DNA from: a virus
Strand: one strand, 5' to 3'
IMG/VR virus record: IMGVR_UViG_3300020196_000016
Coordinates: 1 to 64,000 of that record
DNA: 64,000 nt
In this document: one piece after another, positions 27,170 through 38,667 of the stretch
Layout of the letters: every line of letters starts with the position of its first letter
How positions within the stretch are numbered: position 1 is the stretch's first letter
Program-made: the position numbers and the translations under genes
The notes under the pieces: model-generated
Databases searched by the model: none
Seen by the model: only the letters and a program-made list of their open reading frames with translations
What the model was told of the DNA's origin: nothing

Positions 27170-30034
27170 TTACTTCTTTTTTATATTCTTTGATCTTGGA
27201 AGGTACTTATAATCTTGTTTTAATATCTTGTTATTGAGTTCCCATTTGCTTATTTTTGTTTCTTTGCCTTCCCAAAGAACTTTTATATGCCTTATTAATA
27301 TTCCAACAACAAGACCACTTTTTATCTCTTTTGTATCAACTAATAAATCGCCTATATTGAATATTATTTTTTTAAATACTTGTTTCATTTTCTACCTGTT
27401 TCCCAAATCATTTGGTATTCAAAATTCTCTATCACTTTATCTTTAAGTAGATAAACACGAACATCATATCTGCCTGCTCTTACTGAATCAATACTAAAAC
27501 CTGGAATATCTATTTCTACATCTGTATATCTTGGATCAGTTCCTTTATGTATTGTTCGTTCATTAGAACATAAACCAAGTGATTTATCACTATATCCACA
27601 AACATCTGGATATTTTGATTTTGTTTCAATATCAATAATGATAAGTGAATCAGTTTGTAATGAAATCCAAGCATTATTTACAAGAATTTCTCTTTCTTCT
27701 ATCTTGATCATTCTTTCCTCATTGTTGATTACACATACAAATTTTATGTCCGCAACCATTACAACCCTGCGATTCCTGTTGTTCTAATGTGTTTAATTTT
27801 TGTTCCCAATCAATATATTCCATTATTTCTTTAATAAATTCTTCTTTATTGCCCACTATCGTTTTCAACTTAAATGTTAAACTCTTTTGTCCATAAGAGT
27901 CAAAAACTTTTATCATATATCTATTAGCACTCACTTGTTCCTCATAATGTTAAAATTCGTGGTCCCCAGTTTGTGATACTATCAAAGTGTTTAGCACTCG
28001 TCAAGATAATACTTTCATAGTGGGAATAGAATATAATATGATCTTCTTTTTCTTCCATCACCCAACTTTGATCTAATAGTTCTCGGAATAGTTTTGCTAC
28101 TTCTTTATAGTTTTGAAATTTAAAACCTATAACGGCATCACCATCTCCACCTTCTTCTATAATAAGAGAATAAATCCAATCAAATAGTTTATGGTTTGTA
28201 TTAAATGTTGTATTCCAAGGGGCAATATCAGTCATTTTGGGATATTCGCTTTCACAATATAGTTTTCACAATCTTCTTTTGATGTTGAAGCAAACTCTGG
28301 TGTATATGTTGGAACCTTTTTAAATTCATCATATACAAGTTCCATAAGTTGTTTTAAGTTGCTATATTTATCTGGGTTCTTATAAAATGTATCAAATGCT
28401 GTATTTACAGCAACTTTAACATCTTGAACATAACAAAGTGGTTTTAGTGGAATATCAGTCATTTATTCATCCATTCTTCAAGATCAACAATATCATACCA
28501 ATCGCGTTCTTGTCCATTCACAAATAGTTTTTTTCGTGTTTCTTTTGTTTGACCTTTTCTTGGACCCCTTAAAAAGTATTCGTCTATCTCTTCAAATTGG
28601 ATTAGTTCTTCGGCTTCTTTATAAGAAGAATAACAACCAATCCAATCTTCTGTTCCTCTCCCTGGATAATAACCATAACCGGCAATCAATAAAAACTTTT
28701 TCATTATGTTTTCTCCAAAAGTTCAATTCTATTTTTAAGATTTTTTATTACTTTCTTTGTAAAACTTATTTCATTTACCATTTTTTCTAATTTTGTTTCT
28801 TGTTGTGCTAATGCTTTTATTGAATCTTCTAAACAAATATTTAATTGAGTTTCAGACCACTTTTCTAACTCTTTGGCTGTTATTTTTTCTGTTAGAAACT
28901 TATTATGAAGTTCTTGTATAAATTCATCGCTAAAAGAAGGCATAGTTATTCTTTATCTCCAAACTTTTTCTTTAATCTTTCGTATTCTTTCTTATCTTTT
29001 TCTTCTTTGTGTTGTTTTAGTTTATTTTTAAACCTTTTTGTTTTTTCTAACTCTTTCATTCTTTTTTGGTATTCTTTATCTGTTTCTTCTCTATAACCTT
29101 TTATATGCCATTCTGCTGTTAGGTAGTCATCATCACTATACCAATCAACTATTAAATCGGTCCATTCACCTTTTGTTTCTGCTTCTTTTGCGGATTGAAG
29201 AGAAGAAATAAGATTATCAATACCATCATCAGGATGGATAGTTCTGAATATATCATATACACGAATTTTATTGCTCATTCTTTATCCTCAATAATCATAT
29301 ACTTTACTGATATTAATAAACCATAAATCAAGTTCAGTTATTTCAAGAGCATCATAATAAAACCTATTAAAACCAAGATGTTCCTTTCTTCGGAATTGTT
29401 TTGGAACATAGGTAATACAATAGTTCCAGTTATTGTGTGTAATACCGAAATATTGTTGTTTTATAGAACCAATAAGCTTCATTCTTTATCCTCAATCATA
29501 ATCCGGATAAGTCCAGATAAGCCAATAATCGCTATAATTTGTTACTCCCGACCAAGTGTTCTTTTTATGAGGGGGAATAAGAACAAATCTTGCACATTCA
29601 ATCTTATTAGTCCATTCGGCAAATTCTTCAAGAGTATCAAATTCAAAAATTTCATCTTCTGGAATATTACCATAACCATTATTAGCAAAAGTAAATTTCA
29701 TTCTTTATCCTTTTTCAACGGGCAAGTATTACATACACAGAACATCCCATCAGGTTTTTTCATCATACTGAATACATAAACCATATTGGTGACATTCTTT
29801 CATTTTCTTATCAAATTCAGTTTCCACTCTATCTCTAATGGTATTTAAATCTACCGGCGTATGTTCCAATGTAGCATTAAAAAGATAAGACGGATATAGA
29901 TCTGAATATTTAAAGTTTGTTCCACACTCTTCGTTGATTATTTCTACAAATTTACCGAATGAAATATCACCAGTCAAGTATTTTTGTAGAGGACCATTAA
30001 TAAAAGATTTAATAAGTTCTTCTTTGTTCTTCAT
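27170..30034 (-). other. Run of about 11 small hypothetical ORFs (64-124 aa)
   Basis: Tightly packed minus-strand ORFs, several with AGGA/GAGG RBS; no recognisable motifs. Confidence 0.6.
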
Positions 30035-30274
30035 TCTCCACCATATTCCTTTGAAAGTTTATACTTATCTCCACTTTTCTCTATGATACCAAGTTGTTGA
30101 AGAAACTTCAACCTTTCTTCAAGAGATAGTTTTTTAAATGTTTCTAAACCTTTTAGGTTTTTTTGGTATAGTTCTTCTTTATTCACATTTCACCAAAAAA
30201 GAATATAGGTGTAGATTTTTCACCACACCTATATCCTATATCAATTTTGAATCAACCCAGAAAGCAAAATGCTA

Positions 30275-30589
30275 TCAGGGTGAAGGTGAAGAACTCTCCG
30301 ATGCCACACGATTGTTTTGATCGTTCTGTTCAACGGAAGATACATTCTCCGATGACGAGTTCGTAGGGGAAGCGACAATACCATAGATTTCATTGAAATC
30401 ACTCCGCTTGAAAACACGAGAAGGACGACCGGGCTTTCCTGACTTCACCATAGCAATAGCTTCAATGTTCTTTTCATTAAACTTTTTCTGGATTGTTAGT
30501 CGTGTATGACCTGAAATCTTTTCAGCTTCATCAAGAGTGATCATTGTTTCATTCATATCACTCATTACGATTGTTGGAATCTTACTCAT
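30275..30589 (-). CDS. Probable HTH DNA-binding protein
   Basis: ITLDEAEKISGHTRLTI...GRPSRVF; promoter TTGACA-N17-TAAAAT at 30633-30661. Confidence 0.65.
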   Translation of the reverse strand: MSKIPTIVMSDMNETMITLDEAEKISGHTRLTIQKKFNEKNIEAIAMVKSGKPGRPSRVFKRSDFNEIYGIVASPTNSSSENVSSVEQNDQNNRVASESSSPSP

Positions 30590-30662
30590 ATTATTTCTCC
30601 TTTGTTTTAGCAATCACAACTCTGGCAGATCAATTTTAGCATGATCCTTGCTGGCTGTCAAA

Positions 30663-30884
30663 CTAACCGTCAGCGATCTTATCAAGTGTATGCGGGAAGT
30701 GTTGGCCTTCTTTTTCCAATCTTTGCCAAAGAACAACAACATGATTATTTAGAACTTGAATCACAACACCAACATCATCCATATATGGAATATCTTTTGC
30801 TGGTGCTCTAATACCAACTTTCCTCAAATCATCATACGGCTTCAATCTTACAAGACAACCAACATGAAAATGTGTCTTCACCAT
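30663..30884 (-). CDS. Small KOW/SH3-like family protein
   Basis: FHVGCLV...VGVVI...VLW. Confidence 0.55.
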   Translation of the reverse strand: MVKTHFHVGCLVRLKPYDDLRKVGIRAPAKDIPYMDDVGVVIQVLNNHVVVLWQRLEKEGQHFPHTLDKIADG

Positions 30885-30953
30885 ACGGTATTCCTTGGAA
30901 CAGAGATAAGGAAAGTGGAGCGTTGTTTAGACGCTCCACAATCCATTACACGA

Positions 30954-32219
30954 TTACTTACGCTGCTTCACTTCAACAGCGATAACCCGTTCATTGGTCT
31001 TGAAGTACGGGTTTCGTGCATTATCTTCGTCAGTCATCCACATACGCTGACACTTTGACGGAATAGGCTTGGGAGCACACATATCGGTCAAGATAATATG
31101 ACCGTCAAAGTTCCGCTCATTCACAAATTTGGTGGGAGTATCAAAGTTCGTACCACCACAAAGAACACGCTCTGCCTTCTTCTTTTGACCCTTCTTCCAA
31201 ACATAAACCTTATCTTCGGCAACACCATCATCAAATGGAATAACCGTGAACTCTGCAAGTTCAGCCAGATTATCAAGTTCAGCAAAGAACGTGATAAGCA
31301 TATTATCACTCACAGAACCCGACTGGTCAATACTGATCGCAATCTTTGCAGTACGATTCGTCTTGCGACCCGCATGAATATACGGGAAACGACGATTGAT
31401 CTTGCGAACACTATTCTGCTTATCTGCCTTCTGGCTGGTTTTGATAAAATACCGCAAGACCTTCTTCCAGTCAACCTTGGATTGAAGACGCTTGATAATA
31501 TCCTTACGCATGGACTGTGAGATCGTACCCCACGAACCAGAACGATTAGCCTCGTTTGCAGCTTCATTCATAGCTTGACGCAAACGCTCCTTTGCGAGTT
31601 CACGCACTTCTTGTGGAATGGGATTCTTTCCATCTTCACCCCATCCTTCATGGTCGTCAAAGCCACTACCATTACCTTCACCATCTTGTGGCTGTCCGCT
31701 TCCACCACCACCTTCACCATTACCTTGGCCTTCACCTTGACCATTACCTTGACCTTGTTCCTCTTGCTTTTCCTTGATCTTGTCAAAGTAAAAGTCAGCG
31801 GATTCACCGCGAACAAAATCAGGATATGGTGCCTTGCCGGGAAGCAAACACATATCCCAAAGATTCTTAATAGAATCCTTACATTCCTTTGGAAAAATCT
31901 CGCTGTTGATCGCAAGATCAGTAGCATGATTCCACATACGCATTTGCGACTTATCAGGCATACGTCCCGTGACGTGTTCCAGAATAAGATGCATGAACTC
32001 GTGCTTCAACACGATCATAACTTCTTCATCACTCAACTTCTCAAAGAAGTCAGGATTGTAAAGCATCTCAAAGGTTCCCGAATCCGGGTTAATACAAACA
32101 CCGGCAGTCGGAATCCTATTGGTGGGATACTTTTCAATATGACGAGAAAGAGCCGCATAAAACGGTTCTTCCTTGAGATAACGAGCAAGATGACGATTCA
32201 GATCATAGTTAGACGACAT
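30954..32219 (-). CDS. Metallopeptidase-like plus VWA domain protein (DUF2201 type), MoxR partner
   Basis: PTAGV, HEFMH, Gly/Gln linker, IDQSGS MIDAS, GGT, LTD; promoter at 32272-32300. Confidence 0.88.
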   Translation of the reverse strand: MSSNYDLNRHLARYLKEEPFYAALSRHIEKYPTNRIPTAGVCINPDSGTFEMLYNPDFFEKLSDEEVMIVLKHEFMHLILEHVTGRMPDKSQMRMWNHATDLAINSEIFPKECKDSIKNLWDMCLLPGKAPYPDFVRGESADFYFDKIKEKQEEQGQGNGQGEGQGNGEGGGGSGQPQDGEGNGSGFDDHEGWGEDGKNPIPQEVRELAKERLRQAMNEAANEANRSGSWGTISQSMRKDIIKRLQSKVDWKKVLRYFIKTSQKADKQNSVRKINRRFPYIHAGRKTNRTAKIAISIDQSGSVSDNMLITFFAELDNLAELAEFTVIPFDDGVAEDKVYVWKKGQKKKAERVLCGGTNFDTPTKFVNERNFDGHIILTDMCAPKPIPSKCQRMWMTDEDNARNPYFKTNERVIAVEVKQRK

Positions 32220-32675
32220 TGTCTTTATCCTATTGTTGCGGGTTTCTATCTGTGATCTACTGCCAGCCCCTATCATAACACGGCACGGGAAAAAAGGCAA
32301 GCAGATTGTTCGGTTGTTATATAGTTATTCTTCGTCCGCTTCTGGATCTACTGGATGACCATACTGTTGAAGCACATTTTCAGCAATAGCCATAATAATA
32401 TCTAATGCTTCTGCTGAAGAATATGTTTCATCCTGTGCAACTTTAAAAATTTCCTGCAATGTTTCTACAACATCATCTTCCATATTATTCCTCCAATAGT
32501 TTGGGTTTATTGAAATTAGTATCAAAAAAAACAGTTTTATTTATTCTTTGTAATAAAACTACTACTTGCATATTGCCGTAATAATCTACTATTTCTTCAA
32601 TAACAAATCCTAATTCTTTTTTACCGTCATACTTTATTTCAACTAGTTTATGCAGATATTTAGATTTCTTCATAG

Positions 32676-32752
32676 TGGTAGACCAGGTGGGAGTTGCACC
32701 CACGACATTCCGCTTATAAGACGGACTCTCTAACTAACTGAGATACTGGTCC
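32676..32752 (-). tRNA. tRNA-Ile(UAU)
   Basis: Cloverleaf; anticodon arm TCCGT-CTTATAA-GCGGA; encoded CCA. Confidence 0.85.
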
Positions 32753-32755
32753 ATA

Positions 32756-33034
32756 TTATAGTTTGTGATAGTTGAAATAAAACTTTTCAAGATCAGTTGT
32801 GTAAATACATTTCATTTTCTGTGAATAGCATTGTACCAACTTTACATCTTTAAGAACATTTACATTTTGCGGAGATACAAGACCCATTACAATAACAACA
32901 TCATCTTTTTCCATTCTAATCAATTCAAAATTATTAGACGGCTTCAAGATATTATATTCATTATGACGAATCCAGAAAGAGCCGGGACAAACACTATTCT
33001 GGAAAGTGCTTTTCATTCTATTCTTGCGTCCCAT
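32756..33034 (-). CDS. Hypothetical protein
   Basis: 92-aa ORF in operon. Confidence 0.6.
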   Translation of the reverse strand: MGRKNRMKSTFQNSVCPGSFWIRHNEYNILKPSNNFELIRMEKDDVVIVMGLVSPQNVNVLKDVKLVQCYSQKMKCIYTTDLEKFYFNYHKL

Positions 33035-33041
33035 ATATCAC

Positions 33042-33275
33042 CTATTTTGCTACTGGATATACAATAACTTCTTTGTTTCTTACCCAATCATTTAGCAAAG
33101 AAAAGCCGACTTTATTATCTTTTGTCTGATCGTAATTATCATAATATTCCCAATGAAAAAGATAATATCCTCCACCATACCAATCATTGTTATTGATTCT
33201 ATCAATTATAACACCATTGTATACCAGAAACATTGGATTGTTGACTATCACTAAATCGCCAACATCATATTTCAT
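33042..33275 (-). CDS. Small KOW/SH3-like family protein
   Basis: MKYDVGDLV...VYPVAK. Confidence 0.7.
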   Translation of the reverse strand: MKYDVGDLVIVNNPMFLVYNGVIIDRINNNDWYGGGYYLFHWEYYDNYDQTKDNKVGFSLLNDWVRNKEVIVYPVAK

Positions 33276-33481
33276 ACAGAAATAACTTTCCACTTTCCGA
33301 ACTTGATAAGTTGCTTGATTGTGGATGGATCAGCACCCCACTCTTTATGATCTCCAACATTCCAAAGCATAATATAGTGATACAGCTTATCGTCCGGGAC
33401 ACGAAGAACAACACCGGTACCACCAGTATCACTTTGGATCAAATCACCAACTTTGATATTGAGATTATTGTTTTCAGTCAT
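33272..33481 (-). CDS. Small KOW/SH3-like family protein
   Basis: IKVGDLI...GTGVV. Confidence 0.6.
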   Translation of the reverse strand: MTENNNLNIKVGDLIQSDTGGTGVVLRVPDDKLYHYIMLWNVGDHKEWGADPSTIKQLIKFGKWKVISV

Positions 33482-33494
33482 ATTTAACCCAATA

Positions 33495-33833
33495 TTAGAA
33501 GTCAAAATCAAGAGAGCGATTCAAACGAATATTAAACGGAGTTTCCCAAGTTCCCTTTGATGTATAATCATTATCATCTTCACCAAGAACGTGATATGAA
33601 TAATCATCTTGATTAAGATCTTCAAGTTCTTCAATAAATTCATTTACTGCCTTGACTTCCGGATAATCATCATACCACTTTACATCGTGAAACTCAACAA
33701 GTTTCCAGCCATTACATTCATGAATCTTGGAACCATCAATAAAGTTAGCAGCAACACGATCTTCCATTGTCTTGATAAGTTCAGAGAACCTTTCATCTTT
33801 GAGAGCAAGAAGAACATCACTACGATAACCCAT
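33495..33833 (-). CDS. Conserved phage protein (MGYRSDV family)
   Basis: MGYRSDV...VKWYDDYPEV...LGEDDND; GGAG RBS. Confidence 0.7.
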   Translation of the reverse strand: MGYRSDVLLALKDERFSELIKTMEDRVAANFIDGSKIHECNGWKLVEFHDVKWYDDYPEVKAVNEFIEELEDLNQDDYSYHVLGEDDNDYTSKGTWETPFNIRLNRSLDFDF

Positions 33834-34039
33834 ATTATCTCCGGTAGTTAGTGTTAAAGAAATGGTGGATATATCTAACGCTTTCCACCGAAACGTCTTA
33901 CCAGATATGGTATAATGATATAACGCCAAAGACACTTGACGGGAGAACACAATAATGTAGCCTACTATGCTAGTTGACTCCTATTCACATAGTAAGTATC
34001 ATAAACACAGTCATGTCATAATCATGCTCATGTTTATAC

Positions 34040-34125
34040 TGGTGCCGAGAGTGGGACTTGAACCCACAAGATATTGCTATCAGAAGTTTTTGAGACTTCC
34101 GTGTATACCATTCCACCATCTCGGC
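34040..34125 (-). tRNA. tRNA-Leu(CAA)
   Basis: GAAGT-CTCAAAA-ACTTC arm, long variable arm, GGTTCAA, CCA. Confidence 0.92.
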
Positions 34126-34218
34126 ATAACCCTATCTGTATAAGATAGGGTATTTTTTAGGCAAGAGTCAATAGGCAATTCTTAAAAATCTTTACAACAC
34201 GAATATCAGTAAAATCAA

Positions 34219-34419
34219 CTACATCTCCACCCTCAAGAGCCACAATATTATCATCGGTTGTGAAAATCCAAGCAGCACCTTCATCACAAATAATAACATC
34301 ACCTGGCTCTGGTTCAGGAACTTATTGATTTGATTAATTTTAGTAAGCAGATCGTTATCTGCAATACTAACTCGGAATTGAATTTCTTTGAATGACTTAT
34401 TTTTTTGTTTATTGATAAT
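34219..34419 (-). pseudogene. infC: IF3 C-domain-like fragment with ATT start, fused out of frame to another gene remnant
   Basis: AGGAG-N6-ATT; KEIQFRVSIADNDLLTKINQINKFL, then similarity ends. Confidence 0.6.
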
Positions 34420-34607
34420 ATAATACTCCTTTGTTAATAATATACCGACGCCAATTCTGGCCTGACATTCTCAATAACAATCTCATCTTCTGGAACACTT
34501 ACACTAATAACTCGTTCATGCTGAACGGTATCAGTATCACCGTGAACAAAAGAAGCGAGAAGAATAAAAAACTTACTAAACATATCTCTTTCTCCTTTAT
34601 AATACAA

Positions 34608-34683
34608 TGGTGGATCGGGTGGGGGTCGAACCCACGACCAATAGATTAAAAGTCTACTGCTCTACCAACTGAGCTACCAATCC
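34608..34683 (-). tRNA. tRNA-Lys(UUU)
   Basis: AGCTCAGTTGGTAGAGC D-arm, CTTTTAA loop, GGTTCGA, CCA. Confidence 0.95.
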
Positions 34684-34766
34684 AAAAAAGAATCCGTTTT
34701 TATCACAGAACGGATAAACTGTTTAGTGTTTTGCGGTTCAGAGTTTACACTAACAACTCCATTATC

Positions 34767-35828
34767 TCACTTCGGCTTCTTACCAGTCAGCAGTTCCGAA
34801 AGAAACTTGGAAGGCGAAGTTCCATCAACATTGATCTGGTGAAGAGCAGTAGTATTTTCCACCATACCCTTACCAAGAACATGCCACATCTTCATAGCAG
34901 CTTCGGAAGGCAAGCTGATGAAATACCGTGCAAGATTCTCCAACTGATCCTTGGGCATCTTCTTTGCAAGGAAACCCTTGGCCTCAATCTTATCAATAAG
35001 AGCACAATGCTCAATGATACCAAACTTCTTCACCTTATCAAACTTACCATTGACGATAACGTCTTCGGGCGTAACCTGACGATCATACTTCTCCACGAAG
35101 TCGTGAAGGGCAATCGCAGCCTCATAACCAACAAAACCAACTGCGATATTGCGAATATCCTTCATGTTGTTTTCGCTGAACATATCAGCAGAAGTCAACA
35201 CATCATTACAACGCTTCCACGAACGACGAGAAGGATACACCTTATTGGGTTCAAAGTCACCCTTATGCTCAAGGTGTTCACGATTCAGATTGATGAAATC
35301 GTAAACAAACTGATTAGTATTGTTCTTCGCCCAAGTGAGCCAATCTTCCACAGTAGGCGCAAGATCAAAGGTAGTCCACCGATCAAGTTCGGCGGGGTCC
35401 ATCTCACCAACCTGATATTGTGCTCCGCTTTCGCCACCGTTGACAGCGGCAACAATAAGCGTATCGGGATGGAGAGTATGACCGTTCAGCTTACGAGAAT
35501 CAGTAAGTTCAAAGATACCTTGACGAACTTCAATAACTGCACGATCAACTTCATCAAGGAAGAGGAGAACGGCATTATTACACGCCATCTTGAACCAGTC
35601 CGGGGGATTCCACTTGGTAGAATCACCGGAGATCACGGGCAACCCAACAAGATCACCCTCGGTCATCTGTGATGCACGGCGTTCAACAACCGGAAGATTC
35701 CTTTCCGCTGCAATCTGATACACAACTTGCGACTTGCCAATACCGTGACGACCACGGAGAAGAAGCGGCAACTTATTATCCAGAATCGGCTTAGCGATAC
35801 GGAAGAAAGTATTGAAATCGAGCTGCAT
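34767..35828 (-). CDS. MoxR-like AAA+ ATPase
   Basis: GRHGIGKS, LFLDEVDR, AAVN, MDPAELDR, PSRRSW; promoter at 35907-35935. Confidence 0.9.
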   Translation of the reverse strand: MQLDFNTFFRIAKPILDNKLPLLLRGRHGIGKSQVVYQIAAERNLPVVERRASQMTEGDLVGLPVISGDSTKWNPPDWFKMACNNAVLLFLDEVDRAVIEVRQGIFELTDSRKLNGHTLHPDTLIVAAVNGGESGAQYQVGEMDPAELDRWTTFDLAPTVEDWLTWAKNNTNQFVYDFINLNREHLEHKGDFEPNKVYPSRRSWKRCNDVLTSADMFSENNMKDIRNIAVGFVGYEAAIALHDFVEKYDRQVTPEDVIVNGKFDKVKKFGIIEHCALIDKIEAKGFLAKKMPKDQLENLARYFISLPSEAAMKMWHVLGKGMVENTTALHQINVDGTSPSKFLSELLTGKKPK

Positions 35829-35972
35829 TGTTTTCTCTCTCTAGTTTATCGTTATCTGACTTAGATCATCGTGCGGGATTGCCCGGTGATCTTTCCGACC
35901 CGTTGCATCATAGCATGGATCGCGTTCGCTGTCAACACACACTAACTTGCTTACAGTATAAAATACAGTAAG

Positions 35973-36047
35973 TGGAGCCAACGACAGGATTTGAACCTGT
36001 ATCTCGCACATTACAAAAGTGGAGTTTTACCGTTAAACTACATTGGC
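35973..36047 (-). tRNA. tRNA-Thr(UGU), weak anticodon stem, possibly pseudo
   Basis: Good acceptor and T arms, CCA; TTTGTAA loop with only 3 Watson-Crick stem pairs. Confidence 0.65.
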
Positions 36048-36092
36048 GTGATTGGTGTTTTTATTAAGTAGAACACCAAAACTACAATACCA

Positions 36093-36803
36093 TTACTTTT
36101 TCAAATGCTCAACAGCATAGTTAATATCTAAATGATTACCATATTCCGCACAAATACGCTGAACAACTTCTTTATCTTTCACCCATGCTTCTTCATCATC
36201 CAGATCATAGTGACCGGGAGACACAACCTTGAAACCAACGGTATTACGATACCACCGTTCGGTGGGTGCTTCTTTGCCAAGAATAAACCAATTCGGAACA
36301 TGCAAATAGTTTTCTGCAAGACGCTTGCCACCATAATCATAAACATCCAAGAACTGGATTTTTACAACTTGAGAACCACTCTCTTTGTTTGGACTTCTGA
36401 CGTCTTCAAAACTAATATCAATAACAAGAGCCATCTTGTCCTTTAGATCATAATGATAAAACCCATGATTATCATAACCAGAAGTATTATCAACACTAAC
36501 AAGAGCACCGGGAGCAATACCCTTGTCCTTCACAATATTCCTATAGAACTTACGACGATAATCTTGATTGATATCAGCAACCACAATCATATCACTCATG
36601 ATATGAGAACAGGTCTTACGATTATGACCTTCGGTGTTGCAATATGAACACTTGCGGTGTTTCCCTCTTTCCAGTCGTGCCTTTTCATTTTGAGCGGAAT
36701 AACTGTTTGGATTATTCTTGATGTATTCTTTGAGTTTGGGACAACCATTACGGTTATGACCAGATGCTCCACAATAACGACAATGAATTGAACGACGATA
36801 CAT
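36093..36803 (-). CDS. Protein with two CCHC zinc knuckles
   Basis: CRYCGASGHNRNGC; CSYCNTEGHNRKTC; promoter at 36862-36890. Confidence 0.8.
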   Translation of the reverse strand: MYRRSIHCRYCGASGHNRNGCPKLKEYIKNNPNSYSAQNEKARLERGKHRKCSYCNTEGHNRKTCSHIMSDMIVVADINQDYRRKFYRNIVKDKGIAPGALVSVDNTSGYDNHGFYHYDLKDKMALVIDISFEDVRSPNKESGSQVVKIQFLDVYDYGGKRLAENYLHVPNWFILGKEAPTERWYRNTVGFKVVSPGHYDLDDEEAWVKDKEVVQRICAEYGNHLDINYAVEHLKK

Positions 36804-36918
36804 ATCGTATCCACCTTTCTACTATATTGTTTCTGCTTGTGATCTTGTGTGGGTTTCCAGCATTGTATCACGAACGGTGGAAAACCGCAAGCACAAAGAT
36901 CGGTTATTGTATTATTAC

Positions 36919-38545
36919 TTAATAAGAAGAATACCAGCGGTATGATTCATGTTCTTCTGCGCTCAAATGAGTTCTTTCATAGATAGATTTTTGTTCCAAG
37001 GAATATACAAAATTATCAACACAAAGTTCTATTGTTATTCCTTTACCTTGGATTTTGCCAGCAGCAGAAATAGGTTTGCCTTCCACGAAACTCTTATTCT
37101 CCAATACAAATTGGCCGTTAACATAATCTAATACAACTCCATCTCCGGTTGATTTGATAAAGTCTTCAATCTTTTTATGGAACATTCTTTTTTACCCTTA
37201 ACTTTTTTAGTCTATTATGTTTGATAATTGATTTGCCACTTTTTGGAACAAACCTTTGCCAATGAACATTGATAAGCCAACAACTATTACCTTTTTTTAC
37301 TTCTAAAACAACACCAATATCGTCTTTTTCATATTTATAAAAACGAACAAGCTGTAATGCTTTTGCTCTCATTTGCACGAAATCACCAACTTGGAATGGT
37401 GGTATTTCTTCTGAACTTTTATTTGTCTCACTCATTAATTTTATAGCCAATTTCCTCAAAACACTTTTCGTGATTTAGATCTCCACGATATGAACCGGGA
37501 AGTTCACACCAATCAACGATATTTCCCTTTTCATCAGCAGCAAACATATAAGTTTCTGGACCCATGAATGGAACTTGACTTACTGATGTAATAACATATT
37601 TATGACCTTCAATCCTTGGTAATACTTCCCAAAGAAACTGATGATCATTAATACACTTAATTTTATTAGCAACTTTATTCGTCATTGTTTACCTTGCCCC
37701 GCTTTCTATTTTTTGACAACCACTTACGATCTTTGTGTTTTCCTGCTCCGTTTTTCTTCCAAGCATGAACAGCAAAAACATTACGAGATTTAATTTTGTT
37801 ATTCATTACTTGCTCTCCACGATATTATAATTATCCAGCTTTGTCCAATTTATATCAGTTGTTTCAAAGTTATTCATATTGTGATGCATCAACTTCTTGA
37901 TACAAAACTCAAGAGGAATCTCTTGTGTAACCTTTCCATTATTTGGATCAGTTGTTACAAGAGTTGCCCTTGAAATAGGAACAAGAGAACCATTATAAAG
38001 ACGAACAAAAATAATATCTGGATTATAATTCTTCATAACTACTCCGCAGTTTCGGGAATACGATAAGAAACATTAATACCATCAAGCAACTTTTCACGCT
38101 TTGCCATACGGAAAAAGTTTCCCCATCCAAGACTCTGCATTACAAGCCCACCATCACTCTCCTTCATAGTATAAAGTGTCCAGTTACAAGGAAGTGACCG
38201 CATACGACCAATAACCTTCCAATGTTCCCATCGGTTCTTACTATTTGGCAGATTGTGGTGAATAAATTTGGTTACACGAGAACTCCAAGAAAGAAACTGG
38301 AAGTCAAGTTCACTTGAAACAAGAAGTGAATAGATGCCAGTCACATCACCAGCACAAATAGTGTTAGGCTGCTTCTGTTTCTGCCAACTTTCATATCGTT
38401 CAGTACGAACAACAGGCTTTACAAGATCCTCTTTCATCTTTAGATGAAAAAAGTTGAACAGAGACTTTTCATCATTAAAGAAAATGATCTTGTTAGAACC
38501 CCTAACATCAATACAAAGGCTAGAAGGCTTCAAAGCATACTTCAT
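36919..38545 (-). other. Run of small hypothetical ORFs, including KOW-like 37175-37459 and 168-aa 38039-38545
   Basis: Packed minus-strand ORFs. Confidence 0.6.
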
Positions 38546-38667
38546 ATAGTATCTCCTTTATTTATTATCAGCAAAATAGCGATCAAAAAAGATGAAAATC
38601 AACATACAAATTGTTGGAGAATTCAACAAGCAAAGTAGAATAAGAATGTTAAACATATTTTCCTCCA

